Translations under genes and position numbers: made by a program
Assembly: GCA_042218715.1 (NCBI GenBank)
Contig: JBDGQU010000097.1
Location: forward strand, 1-48,883
Reading direction: 5' to 3'
Source of the DNA: Candidatus Bipolaricaulia bacterium
GTDB lineage: Bacteria > Bipolaricaulota > Bipolaricaulia > M55B111
Length of the DNA stretch: 48,883 nt
Shown here: positions 39,386 to 48,762 of the stretch, piece after piece
Position numbering within the stretch: position 1 is the stretch's first letter
Layout of the letters: the number at the start of each line of letters is the position of its first letter
The notes under the pieces: model-generated
Seen by the model: the letters and a program-made list of their open reading frames with translations, nothing else
Databases searched by the model: none
What the model was told of the DNA's origin: nothing

Positions 39386-39850
39386 ATGAATAAATCAAAC
39401 TTATTTTCCAATTTGAAAGAAGAGTTAAGGACTACAATTGAAAATAGCGCCTCGAATTCCCAGTTGTTGGAGGAAGTAGCGGAAATTTTGTACGAAAGAG
39501 TGGATTACTACGACTGGGTGGGCTTTTATATTGCCGAGCCGAAGGACGACGAACTTGTTCTCGGCCCTTTTGCTGGTGAGGAAACTGATCACGTCAGGAT
39601 AGACTATGGCGAGGGAATCTGCGGCCAATCCGCTGCCACGGAAGAAACTTTTGTCGTTCAGGACGTAGAGGAGGAAGAAAATTACCTTTCCTGTAGCCCC
39701 GAGGTAAGGTCCGAAATCGTAGTACCGGTCTTCGAAGCGGGTGAATTTCGGGGGGAAATAGATATAGACTCCCACGAGCTCGCTCCGTTTGGCCAGGCGG
39801 ACGAACGTTTCCTCGGGTACCTTGCCGAAAAACTTGCGCCTGTTTTATGA
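39386..39850 (+). CDS. msrC: GAF-domain free methionine-(R)-sulfoxide reductase (YebR/MsrC-like)
   Basis: 154 aa. YDWVGFYI, LVLGPFAG, GEGICGQSA, YLSCSPEVRSEIVVPV and IDIDSH motifs typical of fRMsr. Confidence 0.75.
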   Translation: MNKSNLFSNLKEELRTTIENSASNSQLLEEVAEILYERVDYYDWVGFYIAEPKDDELVLGPFAGEETDHVRIDYGEGICGQSAATEETFVVQDVEEEENYLSCSPEVRSEIVVPVFEAGEFRGEIDIDSHELAPFGQADERFLGYLAEKLAPVL

Positions 39851-39959
39851 TATCCATATACTCTGGTTCGGAATTTTGACCTAGAACCATTGTGCCGGTC
39901 CGGTTAAAATAGGACTGAAATTCTTTACACGAAATCATTAACTTCAAGCGAGGGGGAGC

Positions 39960-40490
39960 ATGAACCGAAGAGAGGTAAGCAAGCAGATGGCTTATTTACT
40001 TCGCCACGACCCGTCCGGAATGACGATGGACGACGAGGGTTTCGTCGATCTGGAGGAATTGCTCTCGAAGTTAAGAGAGCGATGGAAGAACTTGACCGAT
40101 CCCGAGCTTCGGAAAATAGTTGAAGAGGACCCCAAGGGACGCTACGAGATATCAAACGGGAGGATTAGAGCTCTTTACGGCCACTCTGTGGACGTAGAGC
40201 CTGATTTGCCCGAAATTGACGTACAGGTTCTCTATCACGGGACTTCCCGAAAAGCGGCAGAACGAATCGACGACGAGGGGTTGAGGAGCCAGGGAAGGAG
40301 GAAAGTCCATCTTTCGGCAAGAAGGGAAGACGCGATCGAGGTAGGAAAGCGACATACCCCGGAACCGGTACTATTAGAAATACAGGCGTCCGAGGCAACC
40401 GAATCGGGAGTAACTTTCCAGAAGGCCAGCGATAAAGTATACGTGACTGATTTCGTCCCACCTGAATTCATCAAACCTTTCGATCAGTAA
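39960..40490 (+). CDS. kptA: RNA 2'-phosphotransferase Tpt1/KptA
   Basis: 176 aa. SKQMAYLLRHDP, ALYGHS, LYHGTS and VHLS motifs (R-H-R-R tetrad context). Confidence 0.85.
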   Translation: MNRREVSKQMAYLLRHDPSGMTMDDEGFVDLEELLSKLRERWKNLTDPELRKIVEEDPKGRYEISNGRIRALYGHSVDVEPDLPEIDVQVLYHGTSRKAAERIDDEGLRSQGRRKVHLSARREDAIEVGKRHTPEPVLLEIQASEATESGVTFQKASDKVYVTDFVPPEFIKPFDQ

Positions 40491-40567
40491 CGTTGAATCG
40501 GAAGAATCAATATATTGAGTTTTTTGACCTTTACACTTCCGTATAGGGTAAATATTCTTTAGCTGAA

Positions 40568-42193
40568 TTGCTTTTTATTGGAGGAGTGACGGTGGAATTC
40601 GATCCTTTATCCTATAAGTATCCGTCCAGGCGAAACTTGGTGTGTTCGACTCGGGGAATGGTTGCAACATCTCATCCGCTGGCGGCTCAGGCGGGCCTGA
40701 AGGTTTTGCAGTCCGGGGGAAATGCTGTGGATGCGGCAGTGGCTACCGCTGCCAGCCTCACCGTTCTGGAGCCGACCTCAAACGGAATTGGTGGCGATGC
40801 CTTCGCCCAGGTGTGGACTGAGGGTGAACTCTTCGGCTTAAATGGAAGCGGTCCGGCTCCTGAGGGGATATCGGCTGACGCTCTGAAGAAAGATGGGTTT
40901 GAAGAGGTGCCTCGTTTTGGCTGGGAACCAGTGACTGTCCCTGGAGCGCCGGCGACCTGGCGGGAACTGACCAACCGGTTTGGGGACCTGTCACTCGAGG
41001 AGAATCTGGAGCCGGCAATCGAGTACGCCGAAGACGGATATCCAATCCAGCCGACTCTGGGGAAATACTGGGAAAGGTCCTTCGAGGTCTTTTCGGAACT
41101 TGACGGCGAGAAATTCGCCGGTTGGATGGAGACCTTTGCCCCCAGCGGCGAACCCCCTAAGATAGGAGACATCTGGTCTTCACCGGATCACGCTGAGACG
41201 CTGAAAAGCATTGCGACTACCGACGCGATGTCTTTTTACAAGGGTAAGATTGCTGATCGTATGGACGAGTTTTCTAGGCGTACTGGCGGATATCTTCGAA
41301 AAGAAGACCTCAGTTCCTACTCTCCCGAATGGGTTGACCCCATTAAGGTAGACTACCACGGCTACGAAATATGGGAACTCCCTCCGAACGGTCAGGGTCT
41401 GGTCGCTCTGATTGCCTTGAACATACTTCGAGAGCTTGGACACGAGGGAGGTGAAGAGCTCGAGTCCTACCATGAGGAAATTGAGGCGGTAAAGCTGGCG
41501 TTTGCCGACGGAAAAGAATATATTACCGATCCCCGCTATATGGGAGAGGAAACCTCGAAACTTATTTCTCCCGGCTACGGTCGTAACCGGGGCAAAGAAA
41601 TCGGTTCTCGGGCTGGAGAGTACGGACCCGGAAGATCAGGCGAAGAAGGAACTGTCTACCTGGCCACAGCGGACGGCGACGGTAACATGGTATCGTTTAT
41701 CCAGAGTAACTACGCTGGATTCGGTTCGGGAATAGTTGTTCCGGAAACCGGAATTGCTCTCCAGAACAGAGGAAGTCTTTTTACGCTGGATAAAGACGAT
41801 CGCAACCGGTTAGAAAGCGGTAAGCGAACATATCACACGATCATCCCTGGTTTTCTCACCAGGTCAGGCACTCCCATTGGACCTTTTGGAGTGATGGGCG
41901 GATATATGCAGCCTCAGGGACATCTTCAGGTTCTGGTAAATATTATCGATAGAGGTCTTAACCCGCAGGCAGCGCTGGATGCCCCGCGCTGGCGGTGGGA
42001 CGAAGGAACTAAACTGGAAGTCGAGAAGAGCTTTCCCGACCATTTACTTGCGGAGCTTGGCCGGAAAGGCCACGATATTACAGTTATAGGGGACGCGGGA
42101 AAATTCGGACGCGGGCAGTTAATATGGAGGGATGGTGAGACCTTAATTGGCGCAACGGAACCAAGGACTGACGGGCAGGTCGCTTCCTGGTAA
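40568..42193 (+). CDS. ggt: Gamma-glutamyltransferase family protein (no signal peptide)
   Basis: 541 aa. GGNAVDAAVA near the N-terminus and an autoprocessing site EEGTVYLATAD. The likely true start is GTG 40592, 7 nt after GGAGG. Confidence 0.85.
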   Translation: MLFIGGVTVEFDPLSYKYPSRRNLVCSTRGMVATSHPLAAQAGLKVLQSGGNAVDAAVATAASLTVLEPTSNGIGGDAFAQVWTEGELFGLNGSGPAPEGISADALKKDGFEEVPRFGWEPVTVPGAPATWRELTNRFGDLSLEENLEPAIEYAEDGYPIQPTLGKYWERSFEVFSELDGEKFAGWMETFAPSGEPPKIGDIWSSPDHAETLKSIATTDAMSFYKGKIADRMDEFSRRTGGYLRKEDLSSYSPEWVDPIKVDYHGYEIWELPPNGQGLVALIALNILRELGHEGGEELESYHEEIEAVKLAFADGKEYITDPRYMGEETSKLISPGYGRNRGKEIGSRAGEYGPGRSGEEGTVYLATADGDGNMVSFIQSNYAGFGSGIVVPETGIALQNRGSLFTLDKDDRNRLESGKRTYHTIIPGFLTRSGTPIGPFGVMGGYMQPQGHLQVLVNIIDRGLNPQAALDAPRWRWDEGTKLEVEKSFPDHLLAELGRKGHDITVIGDAGKFGRGQLIWRDGETLIGATEPRTDGQVASW

Positions 42194-42265
42194 CGGGTTT
42201 CTCCTGGGTTAGATTGGGGCCCCGAAGCGTAACCTAAAAGAAACGTGCTAGAGGAGGTAATATTC

Positions 42266-42604
42266 ATGGCTGAAAATCTTACCGAGAAGCAATGTGTACC
42301 TTGCGAGGGTGGAGTTCCTCCCCTTGAAAGCGACGAGGTAAAAGAGTTACTTACCGAAGTTCGGGGATGGGAGCTACTGGAAGGGTCACCGCCCAAAATT
42401 CAGAAGGACTTTAAGTTCGGCGATTTTACCGAAGCGATGGAGTTCGTCAACGATCTGGCGGAACTGGCAGAAGCCGAAGGACACCATCCCGATATAGAAA
42501 TATCTTACAACGAAGTGTCTCTTCAGCTTTACACGCACGCGATAGACGGACTACACGAAAACGACTTTATCCTTGCCGCAAAGATTGATGATCTTATAGA
42601 GTAG
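42266..42604 (+). CDS. phhB: 4a-hydroxytetrahydrobiopterin dehydratase (PCD/DCoH)
   Basis: GAGGAGG followed 8 nt later by ATG 42266 (the tracked ORF starts at GTG 42245). EGHHPD motif. Confidence 0.85.
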   Translation: MAENLTEKQCVPCEGGVPPLESDEVKELLTEVRGWELLEGSPPKIQKDFKFGDFTEAMEFVNDLAELAEAEGHHPDIEISYNEVSLQLYTHAIDGLHENDFILAAKIDDLIE

Positions 42605-42698
42605 ACGAGAACCGGGATCGGTTACATACCGTCCCGGCTCTTATTCCTGCGCGCGAGGCGGGTTTTTAACTTGGATAGACCGAAGAAGTTATAGCGGT

Positions 42699-43883
42699 TT
42701 AGTCTTCAATCGCTTTAGCCGCTTCCCTCCCGAGCTCAAAACCTTTCTTTAGCTGATCTTTGTCGGGTTGGCCGTTAAATTCGACCGGGGACGAAACCAG
42801 TTCCCAGTTCAGTGTTTCTGCGGTGTCTTCTATTTCCCTTGCCGAGCCTCCGCCCCAGCCGTAAGACCCGAATATCCCCGCAGTTTTTCCTTTTAGTTTC
42901 TTTTTTTCCGCGTGATGGAGAAAGTTACTTATCGGAGGAAACGCCCGGGATTCGTAGGTGGGGGAGCCGATAATCAAACCTTCTCTCTTCCAGGCGGACG
43001 AAAGTAGATAGCTCGGATGTGTTCTGGAAGCGTCCAGAACCTCCAGGTCCTTTAGTCCTGTAGAGCTGACCCCCTGAGCTACCCGTTCGGTGATCTTTTC
43101 GGTGAATCCGTACATTGATCCGTATACTACGGTAATACCCGGATTGGCTCCTCCACTGCTGTATTTGTCGTAGAGTTCAATAATTTTTTCGGGGTTTTCC
43201 CTCCAGACCGGCCCGTGAGTTGGCGCAATTACGTCTATATCAAGTCCATTTAGTTTGGCTAAAGCCGCCTGCAGGGTAGCACTATAGGCACCCACGATAT
43301 TTGAGAGATAACGAACGGCCTCTTCCGTGTACTTTTCGACCTCCAATTGATCGTCGAATAGCCCTCCGTCGAGTGCTCCGTAGGTCCCGAATCCATCCCC
43401 TGAAAAGAGGATTTCTTCTTCTCTGAGATAAGTCATCATTGTTTCCGGCCAGTGGACGAAAGGGGTTTCGACGAATTTCAAGGTTTTCGAGCCTAGATCC
43501 AGGTTGTCGCCCGATTCGACAACTTTAACTCCACTAGTTATCCCGTAGAAGCTTTCGAGTAATTCCTCGGTCTTTTCCGTTCCCACAAAGGTAATTTCGG
43601 GGTTTATCCTCCTCAGGCTAGGGAATACACCCGTGTGGTCCGGTTCCATGTGGTTTACGATTACGTAATCGATCTCTTCTATCCTCTCTAACGACCCGAT
43701 TTTGGTCAGAAAACCTTCCGTGAACCCTTTTTTTACTCCGTCTATCAATGCCGTTATCTCGTCCTTAATGAGATAGGAGTTGTAACTTATACCGTTGGGA
43801 ATAGGCCAGTAACTTTCGAATACGTCGTTTTTCCTGTCGTTTACACCCACCCAGTATGTACCGTCTTTTATCTCCTGAACCAT
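42699..43883 (-). CDS. fprA: Flavodiiron protein (FprA-type O2/NO reductase): MBL-like diiron domain plus flavodoxin domain
   Basis: 394 aa. HMEPDHTG diiron motif; C-terminal flavodoxin-like GSYGWGGG. Confidence 0.88.
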   Translation of the reverse strand: MVQEIKDGTYWVGVNDRKNDVFESYWPIPNGISYNSYLIKDEITALIDGVKKGFTEGFLTKIGSLERIEEIDYVIVNHMEPDHTGVFPSLRRINPEITFVGTEKTEELLESFYGITSGVKVVESGDNLDLGSKTLKFVETPFVHWPETMMTYLREEEILFSGDGFGTYGALDGGLFDDQLEVEKYTEEAVRYLSNIVGAYSATLQAALAKLNGLDIDVIAPTHGPVWRENPEKIIELYDKYSSGGANPGITVVYGSMYGFTEKITERVAQGVSSTGLKDLEVLDASRTHPSYLLSSAWKREGLIIGSPTYESRAFPPISNFLHHAEKKKLKGKTAGIFGSYGWGGGSAREIEDTAETLNWELVSSPVEFNGQPDKDQLKKGFELGREAAKAIED

Positions 43884-44061
43884 ATTATCACCTAGTCTTT
43901 TGGTAAAATTGGGTTAATAAAAGGTCTTAAATATATTCTAGCAAAAAAGTAACGGAATTAGAAGAACGGAGGCGTAATTCTATTGAAACCGGACTACCCG
44001 GTCTCGTAGTTCAATATTTACTGCTAAAATCCCCATCAGTTCTTTCTTTTGGACCGTTAAT

Positions 44062-44091
44062 TTGCAAATCCAGTCAATATCTTATTATAAT
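44062..44091 (+). promoter_or_regulatory. Putative sigma-70-type promoter of the ferredoxin/SOR cluster
   Basis: TTGCAA (44062-44067), N18, TATAAT (44086-44091), about 55 nt upstream of the ferredoxin ATG. Confidence 0.4.
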
Positions 44092-44146
44092 CATATTTAA
44101 GTGGAATTGATTTTAAATTTTAATTGTCTATTTTAAGGAGGTTAGA

Positions 44147-44401
44147 ATGGCAAAGTACAAATTGAAGTACGACAAAGCTGCCTGTCAGAGCAATTTCGTC
44201 TGCACTGCTGTAGATCCCGACCATTTTGAGGAAGGTGAGGACGGTAAAGCAAAATTGATCGGCGCTACAACTAAGGACGACCTTTACACTTTAGAAGTAG
44301 AGGAAAGTGGAAAGTCCGCCGCGAAGCAGGCGGCAAACGGTTGTCCGATGATGGCTATAGAGCTGGTGGACACTGAAGCCGGGGAAACCATTGCCCCGTA
44401 G
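44147..44401 (+). CDS. Small single-cluster ferredoxin (three-Cys C-x5-C...CP pattern, [3Fe-4S]-type)
   Basis: 84 aa. CQSNFVC ... NGCP arrangement. AAGGAGG RBS. Confidence 0.7.
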   Translation: MAKYKLKYDKAACQSNFVCTAVDPDHFEEGEDGKAKLIGATTKDDLYTLEVEESGKSAAKQAANGCPMMAIELVDTEAGETIAP

Positions 44402-44449
44402 AAATTTCTTATCTGGAGTAAAAATTTAGTTTAACCTGGGAGGTAAAAA

Positions 44450-44833
44450 ATGACCGATCAAACATGTGAAGAAGATCTTTTTTGTGGTGTTAACAAATCA
44501 AAAACCGATGATCCGGAAAAGATGTCGGCCCTGGAGAAAAAACATACCGTTGTGATAGACGCTCCGGATAAGGTAAAAGAGGGAGAAGAATTTGAGGTAA
44601 CGCTTAAAGTAGGACAGTACAAAGAACATCCCAACGAAGTCGGTCACTTTATCGAGTGGATGGAGCTATACTCGGGCGACACTTTTCTGGCCCGGCTGGA
44701 GCTAACGCCCGAGCAATCACATTACGTAATGAAGGCAACAGTTAAACTGGATCACGCACATCCCCTTAGGGGGCGAGCGAAATGTAATCTCCACGGTCTG
44801 TGGGAAAATAAAAAGAAAATTAAAGTGGAGTAA
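44450..44833 (+). CDS. sor: Superoxide reductase (1Fe-SOR / neelaredoxin type)
   Basis: 127 aa. EKKHTVVI, EHPNEVGHFIEW and KCNLHGLWE iron-ligand motifs. Confidence 0.88.
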   Translation: MTDQTCEEDLFCGVNKSKTDDPEKMSALEKKHTVVIDAPDKVKEGEEFEVTLKVGQYKEHPNEVGHFIEWMELYSGDTFLARLELTPEQSHYVMKATVKLDHAHPLRGRAKCNLHGLWENKKKIKVE

Positions 44834-44899
44834 CTCAAAAGAGTTTAGTTCGAGAGTCGAATCGGCAAAACCGGTCCAAATACACGCGAGGTGAGGACC

Positions 44900-45187
44900 A
44901 TGAAATTTCAGTGTACCGATTGCGGGGATATTATTTACAGTCGAGAGGAACTGACCAGTTGTCCCGGGTGTAGTGCTCAGCTAGAGGACAGAACTCCTGG
45001 AGCTGAGGAGGTAAATTGTCCCGTAAGTGGGGGATCAGTTCGGCAGGTTAACGGAATACCGGATTGTGGCCACTTTAAATTGACAAATTCCCCCGGTTCG
45101 AGGTGTACTTTTGGCGAATTTCCGGCCAGATGCCAGTCCTGTGGGTTACCGTTCTACAATCCCAGAGTTGGTATTTCCGGAGAGTGA
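44900..45187 (+). CDS. Cys-rich small protein with N-terminal CxxC...CxxC zinc-ribbon knuckles. Function unknown.
   Basis: 95 aa from ATG 44900 (RBS GGTGAGG; the tracked ORF starts at GTG 44891). Nine Cys residues, including CTDCG...CPGCS and CQSCG. Confidence 0.5.
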   Translation: MKFQCTDCGDIIYSREELTSCPGCSAQLEDRTPGAEEVNCPVSGGSVRQVNGIPDCGHFKLTNSPGSRCTFGEFPARCQSCGLPFYNPRVGISGE

Positions 45188-45226
45188 CGCCGTAACTCTG
45201 AATGGTGTTAATCTCAGGGAGGTTAT

Positions 45227-46981
45227 ATGATCAAGAATGATTTGACTTTGCTAATTGGGGGTGACGCCGGTCAGGGGATACAGTCGACAGGCAAGGGCTT
45301 TATCCAGTCCCTTACGAGAGCAGGGTTATTTCCCTTCGGAAGACAGGATTACCGGTCTCGAATCAGAGGCGGACATAATTTTTTCGAAATTAGGGTTTCC
45401 TCCGACCAAATCTACACCCACACCGACGGTGTCGATCTATTGGTTGCATTGACTGAAGATTCTGTTGAGAAGCACATTGACGAGATAGTCCCCGGAGGAG
45501 GTGTCCTCTACGACGAGGATTTTGACCTGGAGACAGGGATATTTGAGGGACGAGATATCCATTCCTTTCCAGTACCCTTTACTAAGATAGCTACGGACGA
45601 GGGCGGAGCAAAAGTTATGGCAAACACGGCCGCTATTGGTGCTGTTAGTGGATTGACCGGTTTTGACACTTCTTACATTAAGGAGATAATAGAGGAGAAT
45701 TTTTCGGTAAAAGGGGACTCCGTTGTAGAAAACAACGTTCAGGTAGCCGAAGCGGGTAAAGAATACGTGGAAGCGAAGGGGTTCGACTTTGATTACAATC
45801 TTTCTCCACTGCCGGAACGGCCCGATCGAATGGTTATCGACGGTAATCAGGCGTTTGCCCTAGGAGCTATTACCGGTGGGTGTAATTTCGTTTCAGCCTA
45901 TCCTATGACTCCTTCTACTTCTATCCTGGAATGGATAACCAAGCATTCTGCCGAACTCGATATAGTTATCAAACAACCGGAAAGCGAGCTCGCCGCTATA
46001 AATATGGCCATTGGTGCGGGACACGTCGGGGCGCGATCCCTGGTTACTACCTCCGGAGGGGGCTTCTCTCTGATGGTAGAGGCACTGGGGCTCGCCGGAA
46101 TGACGGAGACTCCGATAGTTATCGCCGAAGTTCAGCGCCCCGGGCCGAGTACGGGCCTACCTACGAGAACGGGGCAGGGAGATCTATCGTCCGTGGTCTT
46201 CGCTTCTCAGGGAGACTCACCCAGGTTAGTCCTGGCTCCGGCCACCATAGAAGAAGCCTTCCAGGCTGGTAAGCGTGCTTTCAATCTGGCTGAGAAGTAT
46301 CAAATGCCGGTAATTGTGATGAGTGACCAGCACCTCGCCGATTCTATCAGGGCAGTGCACCCAGACGAGTTTGACACGGACGTTGAGATCGATAGAGGAC
46401 AGTTCCTATCCGAGAATGATCTCGACAATCTGGAAGGAGATTACCTGAGGCACGAGTTCTCTGAAACCGGCGTTTCTCCCAGGGCAGTTCCGGGAAATGA
46501 GAACGCTATTTACAAGACGACGGGGAACGAACACGACGAGAGAGGAGATATCACCGAGGATCCGGAGACGAGGACTAGAATGATGGACAAGCGAATGAGA
46601 AAGGTCGATACGGCGCTAGAAGCGGACTTTGATGGGCCCGTACTCTACGGACCGGAAGCCGCCGATCTAACGTTTATCGGCTGGGGATCAACTTACGGCG
46701 CGATCAGGGAAGCGGTAGATAGGTTGAACGATGGCGGAAATAAGGCGAACTTCTACCACTTCGACGAAGTCTGGCCTCTGGAATCGAGTGAAGTAAAAGA
46801 CCTTCTGGAAGCTTCTCGTCGGACCGTGCTCGTGGAAAACAATTATTCAGGTCAACTGGCGAGTTTGATAACGAGGGAGACAGGTGTCGGGACCCCCGAC
46901 AGAATACTGAAATACGACGGCCGCCCGTTTACGCCGGAAGCGATCCTCGAGGAAGTTGGGGAACTGAAGGAGGTGGAATAA
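45227..46981 (+). CDS. korA: 2-oxoacid:ferredoxin oxidoreductase, fused gamma-alpha subunit (KorA-like)
   Basis: 584 aa. N-terminal gamma-like GGDAGQGIQS, then alpha-domain YPMTPST and an EVQRPGPSTGLPT loop. Confidence 0.88.
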   Translation: MIKNDLTLLIGGDAGQGIQSTGKGFIQSLTRAGLFPFGRQDYRSRIRGGHNFFEIRVSSDQIYTHTDGVDLLVALTEDSVEKHIDEIVPGGGVLYDEDFDLETGIFEGRDIHSFPVPFTKIATDEGGAKVMANTAAIGAVSGLTGFDTSYIKEIIEENFSVKGDSVVENNVQVAEAGKEYVEAKGFDFDYNLSPLPERPDRMVIDGNQAFALGAITGGCNFVSAYPMTPSTSILEWITKHSAELDIVIKQPESELAAINMAIGAGHVGARSLVTTSGGGFSLMVEALGLAGMTETPIVIAEVQRPGPSTGLPTRTGQGDLSSVVFASQGDSPRLVLAPATIEEAFQAGKRAFNLAEKYQMPVIVMSDQHLADSIRAVHPDEFDTDVEIDRGQFLSENDLDNLEGDYLRHEFSETGVSPRAVPGNENAIYKTTGNEHDERGDITEDPETRTRMMDKRMRKVDTALEADFDGPVLYGPEAADLTFIGWGSTYGAIREAVDRLNDGGNKANFYHFDEVWPLESSEVKDLLEASRRTVLVENNYSGQLASLITRETGVGTPDRILKYDGRPFTPEAILEEVGELKEVE

Positions 46982-47860
46982 ATGACTGAAGAAGTTTCAC
47001 TGTCCGATTATCAATATCCTACTGAACCGACCTGGTGTCCAGGGTGTGGGGATTTTGCAATTTTACGGAGCGTGAAGTCTTCTCTGACGGATCTAGGACT
47101 AGATCCTCACGAGAGCCTGATTGTGACCGGTATTGGATGCGGGAGCAAGCTGCCACACTACATGAACGTCAACGGGTTTCACTCAATTCACGGTCGTCCC
47201 GTAGCGGTAGCCACCGGTGCGAAACTGGCCAATCCGGACATGAATATTGTAGTAACTGCGGGTGACGGTGATAGTTACGGAATTGGTGGTAATCACTTCT
47301 TTCACGCCTGTCGGAGGAATATGGGCATTACTCAGATCGTCGAAGACAACAGGGTTTACGGTCTGACAAAAGGTCAATACTCTCCGACGAGTCACAAGGG
47401 GTTCGTCACTAAGACCAGTCCGGAGGGAGCGATAGAACCCCCGGTGAGGCCGGTTCCGACTGCTTTAACGGCTGGTGCGACGTTTATCGCCAGGGCTTTT
47501 TCGGGTAACGTAAAAGCCATGACGGATATATTTGCTCGCGCTATGACTCACGAGGGTTATGCTCTCGTGGACGTACTTCAACCCTGTGTAACGTTTAATC
47601 CTGGCCGATCCTACGATTTTTACAACGACCTGGTTTACGAACTGGACGACGATTACGATCCCACTGACAGGGAAGCTGCGGAGGAAAAGGCTAAGGAGTG
47701 GGGAGATAAAATACCTCTTGGCGTAATCTACGAAGAGGATAAACCGACTTACGAGGCACAGGTTCCCGCACTATCCGAAGGTCCAATAGTTAACCGGAGC
47801 CTCGATCCCGAAGAACGGAGTGGGGCCGACCTTGAGGAGTTGAAGCAGAGCTTCGTTTGA
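46982..47860 (+). CDS. korB: 2-oxoacid:ferredoxin oxidoreductase beta subunit (TPP-binding)
   Basis: 292 aa. WCPGCGDF and GDGDSYGIGGNH motifs. Starts immediately after the korA stop. Confidence 0.9.
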   Translation: MTEEVSLSDYQYPTEPTWCPGCGDFAILRSVKSSLTDLGLDPHESLIVTGIGCGSKLPHYMNVNGFHSIHGRPVAVATGAKLANPDMNIVVTAGDGDSYGIGGNHFFHACRRNMGITQIVEDNRVYGLTKGQYSPTSHKGFVTKTSPEGAIEPPVRPVPTALTAGATFIARAFSGNVKAMTDIFARAMTHEGYALVDVLQPCVTFNPGRSYDFYNDLVYELDDDYDPTDREAAEEKAKEWGDKIPLGVIYEEDKPTYEAQVPALSEGPIVNRSLDPEERSGADLEELKQSFV

Positions 47861-47867
47861 ATAATTA

Positions 47868-48058
47868 TGCCGGATATTTAGCCCGTTATTCTCCCTCTGC
47901 CGCTTGACCGGCAACTGATTTAACTTTAGAAAAATCTGATAGTATACGAAATACCGGCAGCCAGGCAAGCGGCAGAGGGTATAACCAATTAAGTTAAGTC
48001 AAAGTTCGTGAGTTTCCGCCTTGGATTCAGTTAATGGTGAAAGAACCGGGGTGTTGAA
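47868..48058 (+). repeat. Copy C of the intergenic long-hairpin repeat. The left outer stem is missing because the element abuts the korB stop.
   Basis: Arms at 47885-47917 (gttattctccctctgccgcttgaccggcaactg) and 47954-47985 (ccggcagccaggcaagcggcagagggtataac). The right flank through gtgaaagaac (48047-48056) is collinear with copy A. Confidence 0.8.
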
Positions 48059-48100
48059 AATCCGAGCGTTTAATGCTATATTAGACTGTCTTTAATATAC

Positions 48101-48177
48101 CGGGACGTGGCGCAGCTTGGTAGCGCGCGCGCATGGGGCGCGCGAGGTCGCTGGTTCAAATCCAGTCGTCCCGACCA
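48101..48177 (+). tRNA. tRNA-Pro (anticodon GGG), CCA encoded
   Basis: Acceptor cgggacg/cgtcccg, D-stem gcgc/gcgc, anticodon stem cgcgc/gcgcg with loop atggggc (U33, GGG, G37), T-loop ttcaaat. Confidence 0.85.
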
Positions 48178-48180
48178 ATT

Positions 48181-48762
48181 ATGGTAGGTAGACTAGAAGT
48201 TATAACCGGTTGCATGTTTTCCGGCAAGAGTGAAGAGTTGATCCGACGGGTTGATCGGGCAAACATAGCCGGGCAGACGACCCTCCTATTTAAACCTCAC
48301 CTTGATGATCGGTACAGCAAGAACGCTGTCGTGACCCATTACGGTAGGGAATTCGAGGCGAAGTTGCTCAAGACGGGAAAGGAATCTGTTTCCGAACTTG
48401 GAGAGGTGGCAGGACCCGATAAACTTGAGAGCGTCGATTTGGTAGCCTTTGACGAAGGCAATTTTTTCAGCGTCGAGTTGACCGAGGTCATCGGAGATCT
48501 AATTACTCGGAACAAACGGGTAATAGTGGCCGGCCTGGACCTCACTTTTGCCGGCGAGCCTTTTCATCCTATGCCCGAATTGATGGCGGAAGCGGATAGG
48601 TTAGATAAGCTACACGCCGTGTGTACCGAGTGCGGAGACGCTGCAACGAGGACTCAGAGACTGATCGACGGCGAACCCGCTCCTGCGGACGACCAGGTAA
48701 TCAAGGTCGGAGGGAAAGGTGACTACGAAGCTCGGTGTCGGGATTGTTGGGAGCTGGGTTAA
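48181..48762 (+). CDS. tdk: Thymidine kinase
   Basis: 193 aa from ATG 48181 (MVGRLEVITGCMFSGKSEEL P-loop). C-terminal zinc site CTECG...CRDCW. The tracked ORF start at 48133 lies inside tRNA-Pro and is rejected. Confidence 0.9.
   Translation: MVGRLEVITGCMFSGKSEELIRRVDRANIAGQTTLLFKPHLDDRYSKNAVVTHYGREFEAKLLKTGKESVSELGEVAGPDKLESVDLVAFDEGNFFSVELTEVIGDLITRNKRVIVAGLDLTFAGEPFHPMPELMAEADRLDKLHAVCTECGDAATRTQRLIDGEPAPADDQVIKVGGKGDYEARCRDCWELG

Noticed and set aside
40687-42396. Minus-strand ORFs of 161 aa (40687-41172), 95 aa (40758-41045), 97 aa (41180-41473) and 156 aa (41926-42396)
   Set aside because: All lie antisense to ggt or to the PCD gene start. They are Ser/Pro/Arg-rich shadow ORFs.
44082-44097. 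PerR/Fur-like box (ttattataatcatattt) upstream of the ferredoxin/SOR cluster
   Set aside because: Only one half-site resembles TTATAAT-N-ATTATAA. It overlaps the -10 TATAAT, which explains the AT-rich similarity.
44900-45187. Calling the Cys-rich protein a rubredoxin
   Set aside because: The knuckle spacing is too short, and the conserved aromatic residues and the CPxCG context are missing. It is kept as an unknown zinc-ribbon-like protein.
48133-48180. N-terminal extension of the tdk ORF (MGRARSLVQIQSSRPI)
   Set aside because: It is encoded by the body of tRNA-Pro. The conserved Tdk N-terminus begins at ATG 48181.
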